From assembly GCF_964213995.1 (NCBI RefSeq), contig NC_135818.1, positions 61,690,001 to 61,754,000 of the forward strand: DNA of 64,000 nucleotides. The letters are read 5' to 3'. This DNA comes from Mustelus asterias (taxonomy: Eukaryota). Positions 24,195-35,094 of the stretch are shown here, piece after piece; position 1 is the first letter of the stretch; each line of letters opens with the position of its first letter. Position numbers and translations under genes: made by a program. Under the pieces are notes generated by a model. It worked only from the letters and a program-made list of their open reading frames with translations. It searched no databases and was not told where the DNA came from.

Positions 24195-24861
24195 AGTGGT
24201 CTCTGTTCTCAAACAGGGCACAGACACAGAAATCAAATTACAGAATACTGATTAGAATGCAAATCTCTACAGCCAGCCAGGTCTTAAATGCACAGACAAT
24301 GTGGGTGGAGGGAGCATTCAACACAGGTTAAAGAGATGTGTATTGTCTCCAGACAGTACAGCTTGTGAAATTGTGCAAGTCCAGGAGTCAAGCTGTGGGG
24401 GTTACTGATAATGTGACATAAATCCAACATCCCGGTTTAGACCGTCCTCATGTGTGCGAAACTTGGCTATCAGTTTCTGCTCAGTGACTCTGTGCTGTCG
24501 TGTGTCGTGAAGGCCGCCTTGGAGAGCGTTCTCCAAGGCGGCCTTCACGACACACGACAGCGCAGAGCCGCTGAGCAGAAACTGATAAGCCAAGTTTCGC
24601 ACACATGAGGACGGTCTAAACCGGGATGTTGGATTTATGTCACATTATCAGTAACCCCCACAGCTTGACTCCTGGACTTGCACAATTTCACAAGCTGTAC
24701 TGTCTGGAGACAATACACATCTCTTTAACCTGTGTTGAATGCTCCCTCCACCCACATTGTCTGTGCATTTAAGACCTGGCTGGCTGTAGAGATTTGCATT
24801 CTAATCAGTATTCTGTAATTTGATTTCTGTGTCTGTGCCCTGTTTGAGAACAGAGACCACT

Positions 24862-24898
24862 CCATCTGACGAAGGAGCATTACTCCGAAAGCTTATGG
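24862..24898 (+). ncRNA. Minimal type I hammerhead ribozyme motif
   Basis: CCAT-CTGACGA-A-GGAG-CATTA-CTCC-GAAA-GCTT-ATGG. Confidence 0.75.
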
Positions 24899-25112
24899 TA
24901 TTTGCTACCAAATAAACCTGTTGGACTTTAACCTGGTGTTGTGAGACTTCTTACTGTGCTTACCCCAGTCCAACGCTGGCATCTCCACATCATTATGTAT
25001 ATAACCAGAGACTTAAGGACCTCAATAGAGGAAAGGAGGGGAACCCTGCAAGATACGCACTCATCCTGTTTCACACTTCTTCCCCCAGCCCTGCCTATAA
25101 ACATCCCTATAA

Positions 25113-25206
25113 GTCCACTCACCTGATGAAGGAGCAGTGCTCTGAAAGTTCGTGCTACCAAATAAACCTATTGGACTTTAACCTGGTCTTGTGAGACTTC
25201 TTACTA
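25113..25206 (+). mobile_element. Solo PLE 3' terminus with hammerhead motif (25120-25154)
   Basis: CAC-CTGATGA-A-GGAGC-AGT-GCTCT-GAAA-GTTC-GTG, then 'aaataaacctattggactttaacctgg'. Confidence 0.8.
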
Positions 25207-25334
25207 TGAACATCCCGGCAGCGAGATTCAGATCATGAATTGAAACACCAGGTTATTTCAATGGCGTCTACTACAACCATTTAGCTTGAACATCATTCAT
25301 GTGACTGGGAGAGAGAACATCATTGCTGATCCAC

Positions 25335-26346
25335 TGTCACAAAAGTAAAATGATTGATGTGGACCTGACTCATACAAAAAAAAGCTTTGGTGTATATTTT
25401 ATGTTAGTGCATGCATTCTGATTTTTGTAATTTAAGTTACGGTAGATCTGGTAAGAAGTAGTTGAGAAATTGAACTGTCTTATAATTATGGTGCTTCCTT
25501 TCTAAAAGAAAATGGCAGGAGATGTCAAGGAGCTGGGCTAAGATGAAGATTAAAGAAATGGATAAAATGACATTGATAAGGATTCAGCTACATTGAGGGC
25601 TTTTGGTTTGAGGATTAGCCTACTACAGAGTGAACGGGTATTTACCTAAGTGAAGTGGAGAACAATAGGGCATGGGAATGTAGGCATTAAAGATAAAGAG
25701 GGTAGGAGTTCAAAGGGAGAAATAAGAATGGATGTCGGATGAGGGAATTCTAAGACAATTTGTTTAGATAATATGACATCAAAAGGAATAAACAGCATAT
25801 TAGTGGCAGGATTAGCCCTGTACTAGAGGAGAATAGCTGACTGGTGACCACTATGCCCACAGGAAGCAGAGCTCTCCCAAAACAATCTGTTGCTTGAAGG
25901 CTGCTGTTTTACATCCTAAGTGGGCTACTCTAAACCAGAAGGAAATTTCCCAAAAGAAAGATATAGGTCAAGCGTGGTAATTATCACTGGATGTGGCTTA
26001 TAGTGTCAAAATCTATGGGGTATTGTGTTGGGAAGGTCTATTGGAGTTGAGGAAAGTAGGTAGTTTTGGAATAGGGTTAAATGAAGTATACTGTGTGTGT
26101 AGCTTTTACTGCAATTAGTAGTGGTTTTTGTTCTGTATTTTTGGCTTTTTTGTTGTGTGTTTTACAGTTTAATAAACATATTTTATTTGAATGATTACAA
26201 CAAGACCTTAATTTTCCTCACAGGTTTGCATCTCTTTCCTCACATGATACCAAATTGCAAAATATATGGTTAAGAACCGGCTTTCCATGTTTCCCTTCTG
26301 GGATTTGGGATACCCTCGCATTTAAATATCAGGGGGAGTCTTTACA
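25335..26346 (+). mobile_element. Possible long solo-LTR-like element
   Basis: TG...CA ends, AATAAA followed by a T-rich tract; no TSD seen. Confidence 0.25.
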
Positions 26347-26551
26347 ATTCTGCCTGAATAGACGGCCTCTCCACCTCCAAACATGCCATGAGTATGAGCG
26401 TAAACTCCCCCCCCCACCCATATAATCTGCACAACTTTCTCAGCAGCTCAAAGCTCTGGTGGATTTTGTTCCAATTGGAGACTGCAACTTGTGTTAAATC
26501 TGATTTACCCTGCTTTTTGCAAATAAAAGGTTGCATTAGAATTGTTTGCAG

Positions 26552-26626
26552 CAGTATGTTTTGCTGTCTGATTTGCTCAAACTTATTGTTGGCTCCTACG
26601 TACACAGTTGCCAACTCTTGGAACAG
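26552..26626 (+). CDS. Candidate 75-nt exon (phase 0-0)
   Basis: 'attgtttgcag|' ... 'cag|gttagt'; QYVLLSDLLKLIVGSYVHSCQLLEQ. Confidence 0.35.
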
Positions 26627-27085
26627 GTTAGTCATTTTTATAGAGCTGTGAAACACAAATTGCATTTCATGCACCATGCATTTTGGCACTACATTATAGA
26701 GGACAATTCCATTCAGTTGTACCCTTGAGATTGGATATGTTGTAAATGCATGGATGGAACTCATATTTTAAACTGATCTGCAATTTTACTGTAAGTAACA
26801 ATAAAGTGACAAAGTGCACAAGTACTTAAGTGGGACATGCAGTGCGAAAGGAGCAATTATATTTTTTTCTGTATCTTTTATTCCAAATCATTGTGAAGCC
26901 ACATGGAACTACTGTGCAATGGGATGGGAATCACAATAAAATTTGATTTATCACTGGCAATTGTAAACTGTGTTCTATTAATCTGCATTTCATCACACTG
27001 ATTTAATGCCCCAACATCAAATACACCAGCGGCACCTTGCAGTTTTGTAGTTTGTATGTAATAAAACATTCCAGGGCATTTCCAG

Positions 27086-27390
27086 TTTAAAGTTTATTTA
27101 TTAGTTTCACAAGTCGGCTTACATTAATACTGCAATGAAGTTACTGTGAAAATCCCCAAGTCGCCACACTCCAGCGCCTGTTCGTGTACACTGAAGGAGA
27201 ATTTAGCATGGCCAGTGCACCTAACCAGCACATCTTTCAGACTGTGGGAGGAAACCGGAGTACTCGGAGGAAACCCACGCTGACATGGGCAGAACATGCA
27301 AACTCCACACAGACAGTGACCCAAGCTGGGAATCAAACCCGGATCCCTGGCGCTGTGAGGCAGCAGTGCTAACCACTGTGCCACTGTGCT
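27086..27390 (-). mobile_element. HE1-type SINE, alternative-tail variant
   Basis: Same structure as 710-1010. Confidence 0.92.
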
Positions 27391-27536
27391 GCCCTGGAGA
27401 AGGAGCTGTACAAAATAAAATTAGACAACAAGCCACACAAGTGATATTAGAGTAGGCGGCCAAACGCTTGGTCAAAGAGGTATGTTTTAAGGAATACCTT
27501 AAAGGTGTTAGGGGGCCAGATCAGAAACTCCAAGCT

Positions 27537-27705
27537 ATCCAAAGATGTGCAGGTTAGGTTGATTGGCCGTGCTAAATTGACCCTCCGTCTGGAGGATTAG
27601 CAGGGTAAATGTGTGGGGTTACGAGAATAGGGCCTGGGTGGGATTGTGGTCGATGCAGACTCGATGGGCTGAATAGCCTCCTTCTGCACTGTAGGGATTC
27701 TATAT
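27537..27705 (+). mobile_element. HE1 SINE 3' half
   Basis: 'tccaaagatgtgcaggttagg...cactgtagggattcta'. Confidence 0.88.
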
Positions 27706-28130
27706 TATGAAGTTAGCCTAGACCCCAACTATTTTTTTTGGTATTAGTGCGAGCATAATATATTTCGCTCAAGGTGCGCTTCTATTAACTCACAAGGAAG
27801 CTTTTATTAAAACAAACTTTATTAAAATAACATATTAAAGTTCTTGTACCTAGCCGCAAATGTTAAAGCTCCAAAATCCAGTGACAGCCAGCTTCAGTTT
27901 GCATGAAGAACTGCTACGGGCAACCACAAAGAGGGGTTCTGATACAAGTTTGATACTCACTATTTTATGGTCAGAACATCATGAGAAACATAGAAGAAGC
28001 TGATTCAAGCTATAGGTAACAGTTCTGTTCCATCATGTATCCCGGCATTAGTAATAGTTGACAGTACCATGGCACACATACTAAACATCAGCATTTGATA
28101 CTGATGATCAGTATTTCCCTTGATTTGTAG

Positions 28131-28194
28131 AATAAAACCATCACTGTCACTGCCTCTGCAAAGTCACCCCAGAACGACCTGCACTTGTGTTCAT
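28131..28194 (+). CDS. Candidate 64-nt exon (phase 0-1)
   Basis: 'tttcccttgatttgtag|' ... 'cat|gtacgt'; NKTITVTASAKSPQNDLHLCS. Confidence 0.25.
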
Positions 28195-28961
28195 GTACGT
28201 TGGCTCTGTTTGGCGTTCAGTGGCAGCCGGCTCATAAATTCTTCCTGTCGATCGTTTTCATGGCCTGTGCTGCCTGCTGTGAAATGTTGCCTGGTCCAAG
28301 GGAAACAGTGTGCAGGGGAACTTTGCCCTTTTCTTTTAAATAATGGAAGCCTGATAACACAATACTCCATCAAACACGGTGAAGCATGAGTTGCTGCATG
28401 CTGGAAATTTACAGTTTGCAATGGTGCGAGGAGGCAGGTATTATAGTGTTGATCTTTCATCTCTGGGGACACGGGCCAAGATAATTCCAGAGCAACAAAT
28501 TGTTTTCATACACCTTTGTAATTAGTAGAAAGTACCAGCTTCCACTTTTGCGGATAAACTATCTCATTCTACGTGGAATTTGAAATTGAGCTACTTTGCT
28601 AACTTAATACCTCGGCCATGAATTCATTCACCCTCTTTATATAAACTGATTTTTTCTGATAGGTGGCAGTAGAAAGTTACTGTTGATTTGAACGAATGCA
28701 TTGCCTGCTGCAGTATAGTCAAGTTTGATACAATCCATTAAGAAAGAAAGCTGCTTTAAAGGGTGGATTGTGCAAAGTGTACAACAAAGTTTATCCAGCG
28801 ATTCACAGTTCATTCCGACATAGGCTAAAAAAAGAATTCAATCTTCCTGGAGGGAAGTGGTCCCACTCCCCAGATCCTCAGTGCTCATTACCCTGACATG
28901 TGTTTGGAGGTCAACCACTGTCAGAAATATCATTGGCTAGAGTTGTTGGCTTGAATTTCAG

Positions 28962-29108
28962 TAAAGGCGGAGAAGATGATTGACTTTAGTCACAATGGCG
29001 CCCTGATTCCAGAAGTCCTGTCCCTGAGCCTGGCATCTGCCCTTTATGCTAGTGAATGGGGACAATGGAAGCTGGCTGTAGTTTTCACATCAGCGGTTCA
29101 CTGGATGT
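28962..29108 (+). CDS. Candidate 147-nt exon (phase 1-1)
   Basis: 'gaatttcag|' ... '|gtaaga'; KAEKMIDFSHNGALIPEVLSLSLASALYASEWGQWKLAVVFTSAVHWM; phase-compatible with the previous candidate. Confidence 0.3.
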
Positions 29109-30334
29109 GTAAGAATGCTGCTCCTTTCAACAGAATCAATTTTCATTAGTGGGATGTTGCGTCTTGCCGCACAGCGTGTTTTTAACCCTTATATGGTGGA
29201 CAAAGAACTGCGAGTCAACTTCTTATTAATACAATAGCGTTTATTCATTCACACAATTAATATTAGTTCTGGTAGTTACTTTTACAGAACAATCAAGATT
29301 CAAATTTAACATTGGACTTTGACTTAACTTTGAGTGACTGACAAGTACCCAAGCAGATATTGGCCTGTATCCACCTGTGGTCTCTGCAGTCTCCTTGGTA
29401 TGGCCGGGTCTTTGGTCTGGTCTGATCCTCTTCTTTTGGGTCTGGTCTGTTCTTCCTTCTTCTCCTCTGGATGGTCCAGAGTCGTCCTTCACAGTTGTTG
29501 GTCCCTAGAGTCGCCGCTGCTGGTGGTGTGTTGCATAGCACCTTTATCCTTTGATTATTTCGCGTCCTTTAGGACAGGCCCTCGATCACTACCAATCAAT
29601 TGATCAGGGTTCAATCACCCTGATTGATGAAGTCCAATCGGGTGCTGCCACACTGATTTCGGAGTGTGTACCAAGCAGCCATGCCTGAGGGTACTGGAGG
29701 CACGTAGCTCACACACCTCCCTCCCAAATAAGGGGTTAAGCGCCCCTTTGTCTGGTAAACAAGTATGTTTGACCAAAGAGTGTTCATTATCTTGGGGATG
29801 GCCTATTTTCCCGATGTCTAAGGCTACAGACCGCTTGTCTGAGTCCAATATTCATTTAGGGCTGCAGCCTGTTTGTCTCAGTCTTTACACACACTCGGCC
29901 ATCCTATCCCATCATGCTTTGCAATCGCCATCTTTGGTGGACTGTTTGGCCATAATGTCCAAAACACAACTTAAGGGCTTTAGACCTTTCAGAAGAAGGT
30001 CTAAAGCTGCCAGATTTCTTTGGGGAGGCAGGGTCACCTTTTGGATAGGTCCTTGGACACCTTTGGGAGAGATCATGTGCCATTTGGGATTGTTAAAAGT
30101 AGACATGAATGTACATAAATAGTGGAACCGTGAAGCTGTTTATTTCTTTCAAATGTCCACACAACTTTATTTTGATACCATTGATTGTTTCCACTTCCCT
30201 CACTTTGTGGGCAGTGAATTCAAGGCTATTATCATTTGCTCGTAAATCATATTCTTATTGCATCTCTTGCCAAAATCTTATATCGGTGTCTCTGGGCCAT
30301 TGTACTATGCTTTTGGGAATTTATTTGCTTGCAT

Positions 30335-31060
30335 ACCTAATCTAAACTTGTCATAATCTTGTAAAGCTCTATCAAAACTTCCTTCAAATCCTTTGCTCCA
30401 AGGCAAACAATCTCAGCTTTGCCAACCTAACCTTGTGACTAAAATTCTCCATCCTGGGACCTATTCTAGTAAACACTCTCTGCACTGCCTTGAGGACCTT
30501 CATATTTGTCCTAGAGTATGGAGACTGGAACTGGATGCAAATTCTAATTGAGGCCTGATCAGAGCTTTCGAAAGGTTCAGCATAACTTCCTTGCTTTTGT
30601 GCTCGGTGCCTCTGTCTCTGAAGCCCAAAATCCCATAAACTTCGCTATTTAATCTCTCAATATCCCCCGCCACATTCAAAGATTCCTCTGTTCCAGCACA
30701 CTCTTTAGAACTGTGTCATTATGCCGATATTGCCTCTCCCTAAATCTTCTGATAACATAAATCACCTCAGACTTTCCATCTGCCTCTTGTCTGCCCCTTC
30801 TGCTAGCCTCTTCATCTCCTGTTTCAGGCAATTCATATCATCCTCAATGTTTGCCACTCTCCAAGTTTGGTATCACCGCCAAATTTTGAAGTTCTATTTG
30901 ATGTACCAAGATCCAAGTCATTGATATACAGCAAAAAAAGACAGTGGTCTTAGCATTGCCCCTTGTGGAACACTACTGTTTACCACCCTCCAATCTGAAA
31001 AACCATCTCCCATCACTGTCTGCTTTCTGTCCTTAAGCCAAAGTTTTCATCCAATTCAGC
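30335..31060 (-). mobile_element. Old CR1 LINE fragment
   Basis: 'cccttgtggaacactact' (GVPQGS motif on - strand) and decayed ORF2 C-terminal sequence. Confidence 0.65.
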
Positions 31061-31199
31061 ACTGACTCTATTTCACAATTTTGTTTATCAACATTTACGT
31101 TATCTTGTGGTACTTTTGGGGATTTTACTTTCTCCCCTATAGATTGAAATATTGAAAACTGGTGTCTTATTCCACTCTTGGTGTGATTGCTTTTTTTAG

Positions 31200-31495
31200 T
31201 TTTAAGTTTAAAGTTTATTTATTAGTGTCACAAGTATGCTTGCATTAATAATACAATGAAGTTACTGTGAAAATCTCCTAGTCGCCACACTCCGGCGCCT
31301 GTTCGGGCACACTGAGGGAGAGCTTAGCACGGCAAATGCACCAAACCAGCATGTCTTTTGGACTATGGGAGGAAAACCACACAGACACAGGGAGAACGTG
31401 CAGACTCTGAACACACGGTGATCAAACCGGGGATCGAACCCGGGTCCCTGGCACTCTGAGGCAGCGGTGCTAACCACTGTGCCGCCGTGCCGCCC
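31200..31495 (-). mobile_element. HE1-type SINE, alternative-tail variant
   Basis: Same structure as 710-1010. Confidence 0.9.
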
Positions 31496-31667
31496 ATAGA
31501 TTTTAGCTCATGCTTTCTGACAAAATTGTGAAATATGATATTAAGGCAACAAGGAAAATTGTAGAATCCTACGTATTAAAACAAAATTTAACATATTCAT
31601 TACAAATCTGCTCGTGGCCATAAGCCCACATTTCAGTCAATATTTGAATTGTCAGTTTTTTCTTTAG

Positions 31668-31717
31668 GCTGTGCCAGCTTTTTAATGAAGATGTTCATCA
31701 GCTTTTGTGTTGTCTAG
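31668..31717 (+). CDS. Candidate 50-nt exon
   Basis: Strong acceptor 'gttttttctttag|', donor 'tag|gttggt'; LCQLFNEDVHQLLCCL. Confidence 0.25.
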
Positions 31718-31934
31718 GTTGGTGTGCGCTCCTCTGAAAGCAACGAGCCCAGAGAGTCCCCACAGTGATGGCAGCAGTGCAAGGTGCCAATGCATGGAGC
31801 TCCATGGTCTATGAAGGCACTCCTCAGTGCTGCTCCTTAAACCAGGGGATTTAGAATTGGTGCAAGAGGTACAAGAGGGGAATTTACCATCAAAGCACAT
31901 CAATCTCAGATATCACTGCACAACTTATTGAAGT

Positions 31935-32218
31935 AAAGTTTATTTATTAGTGTCACAAGGAGGCTTACGTTAACACTGCAATGAAGTTACTGTGAAAATC
32001 CCTTAGTCACCACACTCCGCCGCCTGTTCGGGTACACTGAATTTAACATGGCCAATGAACCTAACCAACATGTCCTTCCGACTGTGGGAGGAAACCGGAG
32101 CACCCGGAGGAAACCCACGCAGACATGGGGAGAATGTGCAGACAATGATCCATGTCAGGAATTGAACCCGGGTCCCTGGCGCTGTGAGGCAGCAGTGCCA
32201 ACCACTGTACCACTGTGA
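31935..32218 (-). mobile_element. HE1-type SINE, alternative-tail variant
   Basis: Same structure as 710-1010. Confidence 0.9.
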
Positions 32219-32476
32219 TGCAACAAACTTACTCCTAATTTGCAATCTGTAGTTCTTTTATTGAATGCACCCATTTTGGTGGCTGTCTTCATGGTCCCAG
32301 GTTGTGAATTGCAGATTGCTGTCTGCCATTGTACCACCAGGTGTTGTACGATAAGGAAGCAAATAACAAGGCCCAAAAGCAACCATGAGATAAATGATCA
32401 GATAATTTTCCTCATGAATCTGGGAAATTTATCTCCTGGATGTCCCTGTGCCCAGCACTAAATCCCCATAGGGAGC

Positions 32477-32815
32477 TGGCGGAGTAGTGGTGTTGTCACT
32501 AGGCTAGTAATGTTCTGGGGACCCAGGTCTGAATCCCGCCACGGCAGATGGTGGAATTTGAATTCAATAGAAAACATCTGGAATTAAGAGTCTAATGATG
32601 ACCATGAAACCATTGTCGATTGTTGGAAAAACCCATCTGGTTCACTAATGCCCTTTAGGGAGGGAAATCTGCCGTCCTTACCTGGTCTGGCCTACGTGTG
32701 ACTCCAGAGCCACAGCAATGTGGTTGACTCTCAACTGCCCTCGGGCAACTTGGATGGGCTATAAATGCTGGCCCAGCCAGTGACGCCCATGTCCCACGAA
32801 TGAATTTTTAAAAAA
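32477..32815 (+). mobile_element. SINE family B, near full length
   Basis: tRNA-like head 'tggcggagtagtggtgttgtcactag...gaatcccgccacggcag'; tail 'ataaatgctggcccagcc'. Confidence 0.88.
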
Positions 32816-32819
32816 TGCC

Positions 32820-33080
32820 GAGGCCCATGATAATGCCCTGGGGACCAGGGTTCGAATCCCACCCTGGCAGTGGAATTTGAATTCAATAAAAAATATTCGG
32901 GTAAAGCCTAATGATGTTGTTTGCTGAAAAAAGTAATCTTGTCCACCATTTTCCTTTAGGGAAGAAAATCTGCAACCTCACCTGGTCTACAACAACATGG
33001 AAATTCCCTCTTAATAGCAATTTGGAATGGGCAATAAATGCTGCCCTAGGCCACACATTCACGAAATGATTTTTAAAAAA
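32820..33080 (+). mobile_element. SINE family B, older tandem copy
   Basis: 'gggttcgaatcccaccctggcag...gggcaataaatgctg'. Confidence 0.75.
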
Positions 33081-33324
33081 ATGATAATGCGATGGTGGTA
33101 GAGGGATAATTATTGACTAAGACACTAAGAGAATTTCTTTGCTCTACTTCAAGTAGTGCCGTTGTCTTACCTGAAGGACAGCATCTTCAAGCAGTGCTGT
33201 GGCCTCTCAGTGTCAGCCTGGATTATTCTGCTCAAATTACTGGAGCAGGACTTGAACCCCTATCCTCCTGATTCAGAGGTAATCAGTAAACCAACTAGCT
33301 GGCACCGAAGATAAGCAATATACA

Positions 33325-34092
33325 GTGGCGGATGCTGGAATCTAAAACAAGAACAGAGGGTGCTGGAAAATCTCATCTGGTCCGGCAGCATCTGTGAGGA
33401 GAGAAAGCAGAATTAACATTTTGAGTCCTCTTGGCTTTTCATCACAACTGAAGGGAGGGAGAGTGTGTCAGATATTAATCATAGAATCATAGAATCCCTA
33501 TAGTGCAGAAGGAGGCCATTGGGCTCATCAAGTCTGCACCGACAACAATCCCTCCCAGCCCCTATCCCCGTATGTTTACCCCACTAATCCCCCTGGCACT
33601 AGGGTCAATTTAGCATGGCCAATCAACCTAACCCACACATCTTTGGAGTGTGGGAGGAAACCGGAGCACCCGGAGGAAACCCACGCAGACACAGGGAGAA
33701 TGTGCAAACTCTGCAAAAACAGTGACCCAAGCCTGGAATCGAACCCATGTCCCTGGCGTTGTGAGGCAGCAGTGCTAACCGCTGTGCCACTGTGACACCC
33801 CATGTTTAACTGTGAGAGATTGCAACAAGAAGTAGCAACTTTAAGAACAAAAGGCCTGGTATGTGAGGGGGAGGGGGAGGTTTGCATTGAAACAATACAT
33901 GGATGAGATATTTAAGAAAAGGGGTTTACGGTGGAGGAAAATGGTCACAATCTGAAGCTGCCGAACCCAACATTGAGTCCCAAGGGCTGCAACGTGCTCA
34001 ACTGGAAGGTGAGATGCTGCTCCTTCAGTCAGGCTTCACTGGAGCATTAGTGCAGGCCAAGAATGGACACGTGGGGATGAGAACAAGACAAT
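33325..34092 (-). mobile_element. PLE 3' fragment (family of 5206-6050) split by an HE1 SINE
   Basis: Homologous to 5660-6050; degenerate hammerhead and 'cacagatgctgccggacc' on - strand. Confidence 0.75.
33479..33795 (-). mobile_element. HE1 SINE
   Basis: Full length, (ATAGAATC)n tail. Confidence 0.93.
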
Positions 34093-34556
34093 GTAAGTTA
34101 TGTAGTTTTGTAAGTGGATTTAGAGTCATACAGCACAGAAAAGGCCCTTCAGCCCATCGAATCTGCACCAACAATAACTACCACTAAATTTCTCCTCCTT
34201 CAACTCCTAACAGGAACAGATCAAATTTATGCCATCAAATAGATTAGACTGAGGCAACAATAAAGAAGTGTGATAAGTAGATAATTTGCATAAACTGAGA
34301 GTACCTCAGTGATAAGGCTCTATGAGAGTGAATGTTCACTATAATGCTATACTTCAGTCCAATGCCCCAGTTATGTTTCCTTTTTATTAATGGATGGAAA
34401 TTATTCTGTGATGCAATGAACAGAGTTCGGGGGGATTTTAAGTATGATCAGTAACTAACTCTGAAAAATATGAAATCTAATACTACTTTTGCACTGAACT
34501 TCTGAATGTCTACAGAACTGTTTGAATTGGTAACATTTGAATTATATTCTTTACAG

Positions 34557-34638
34557 GAAAGTTTGTCTGCCTACCTTTTGTATTGATAAAGGAAGCACTT
34601 AGTATCCCGTCGCTGGCCACAGACATGGGAATCGCAGT
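34557..34638 (+). CDS. Candidate 82-nt exon (phase 1)
   Basis: 'attatattctttacag|' ... '|gtgagc'; (G)KFVCLPFVLIKEALSIPSLATDMGIA; phase-compatible with 31668-31717. Confidence 0.25.
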
Positions 34639-35094
34639 GTGAGCTTCTGATAACAAAAAGAATCCATCTCTCATGAAGTTCTGCTGGTGCACAGATAACC
34701 TAGGGTTTCAATTACTGATGGCTGCCTCACAGTTTGAGCTCCACTGAATCCACGCTGCAAATGCAATGATTGCAATGAACAATTATTGAAATAATTCAGA
34801 TAGTCAAGATTTCAGCATCAGGAGGCGATGATCCTACAATGTGAAGATGACTTTTGTCGTATTTTGTCAAATTTAATATATAACTGTAAAAATGAGAAAA
34901 GAAGTCCTCGCTGACTGTGGTCAAGGTTCCTGCAGTGAACAAAGACTCCTGACTCACATGGTGAAGAACATCTGAAATGTATTGCTGAAAATATTGCAAG
35001 AAGAATCAAACCTGGGACTTCATTTCAATAATATTTGGTGAGCACCACTGCCACAAGGCTTGTGTCAACTTTTTGAATTGTGCACCACTTGCAA

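Larger units (their letters stand above)
24099..24994. mobile_element. Penelope-like element 3' region in inverted (palindromic) configuration
   Basis: Arms 24099-24525 and 24530-24957, spacer GCGT; encodes LQGGLHDTRQ..EQKLIAKFRTHEDGLNRDVGFMSHY; flanked by ATGTATATA (24091-24099, 24995-25003). Confidence 0.93.

Noticed and set aside
26342-26764. Minus-strand exon candidates here and at 34510-34692
   Set aside because: They overlap + strand candidates that better fit the TE orientation bias and, at 34.5 kb, have the stronger acceptor; not fully excluded
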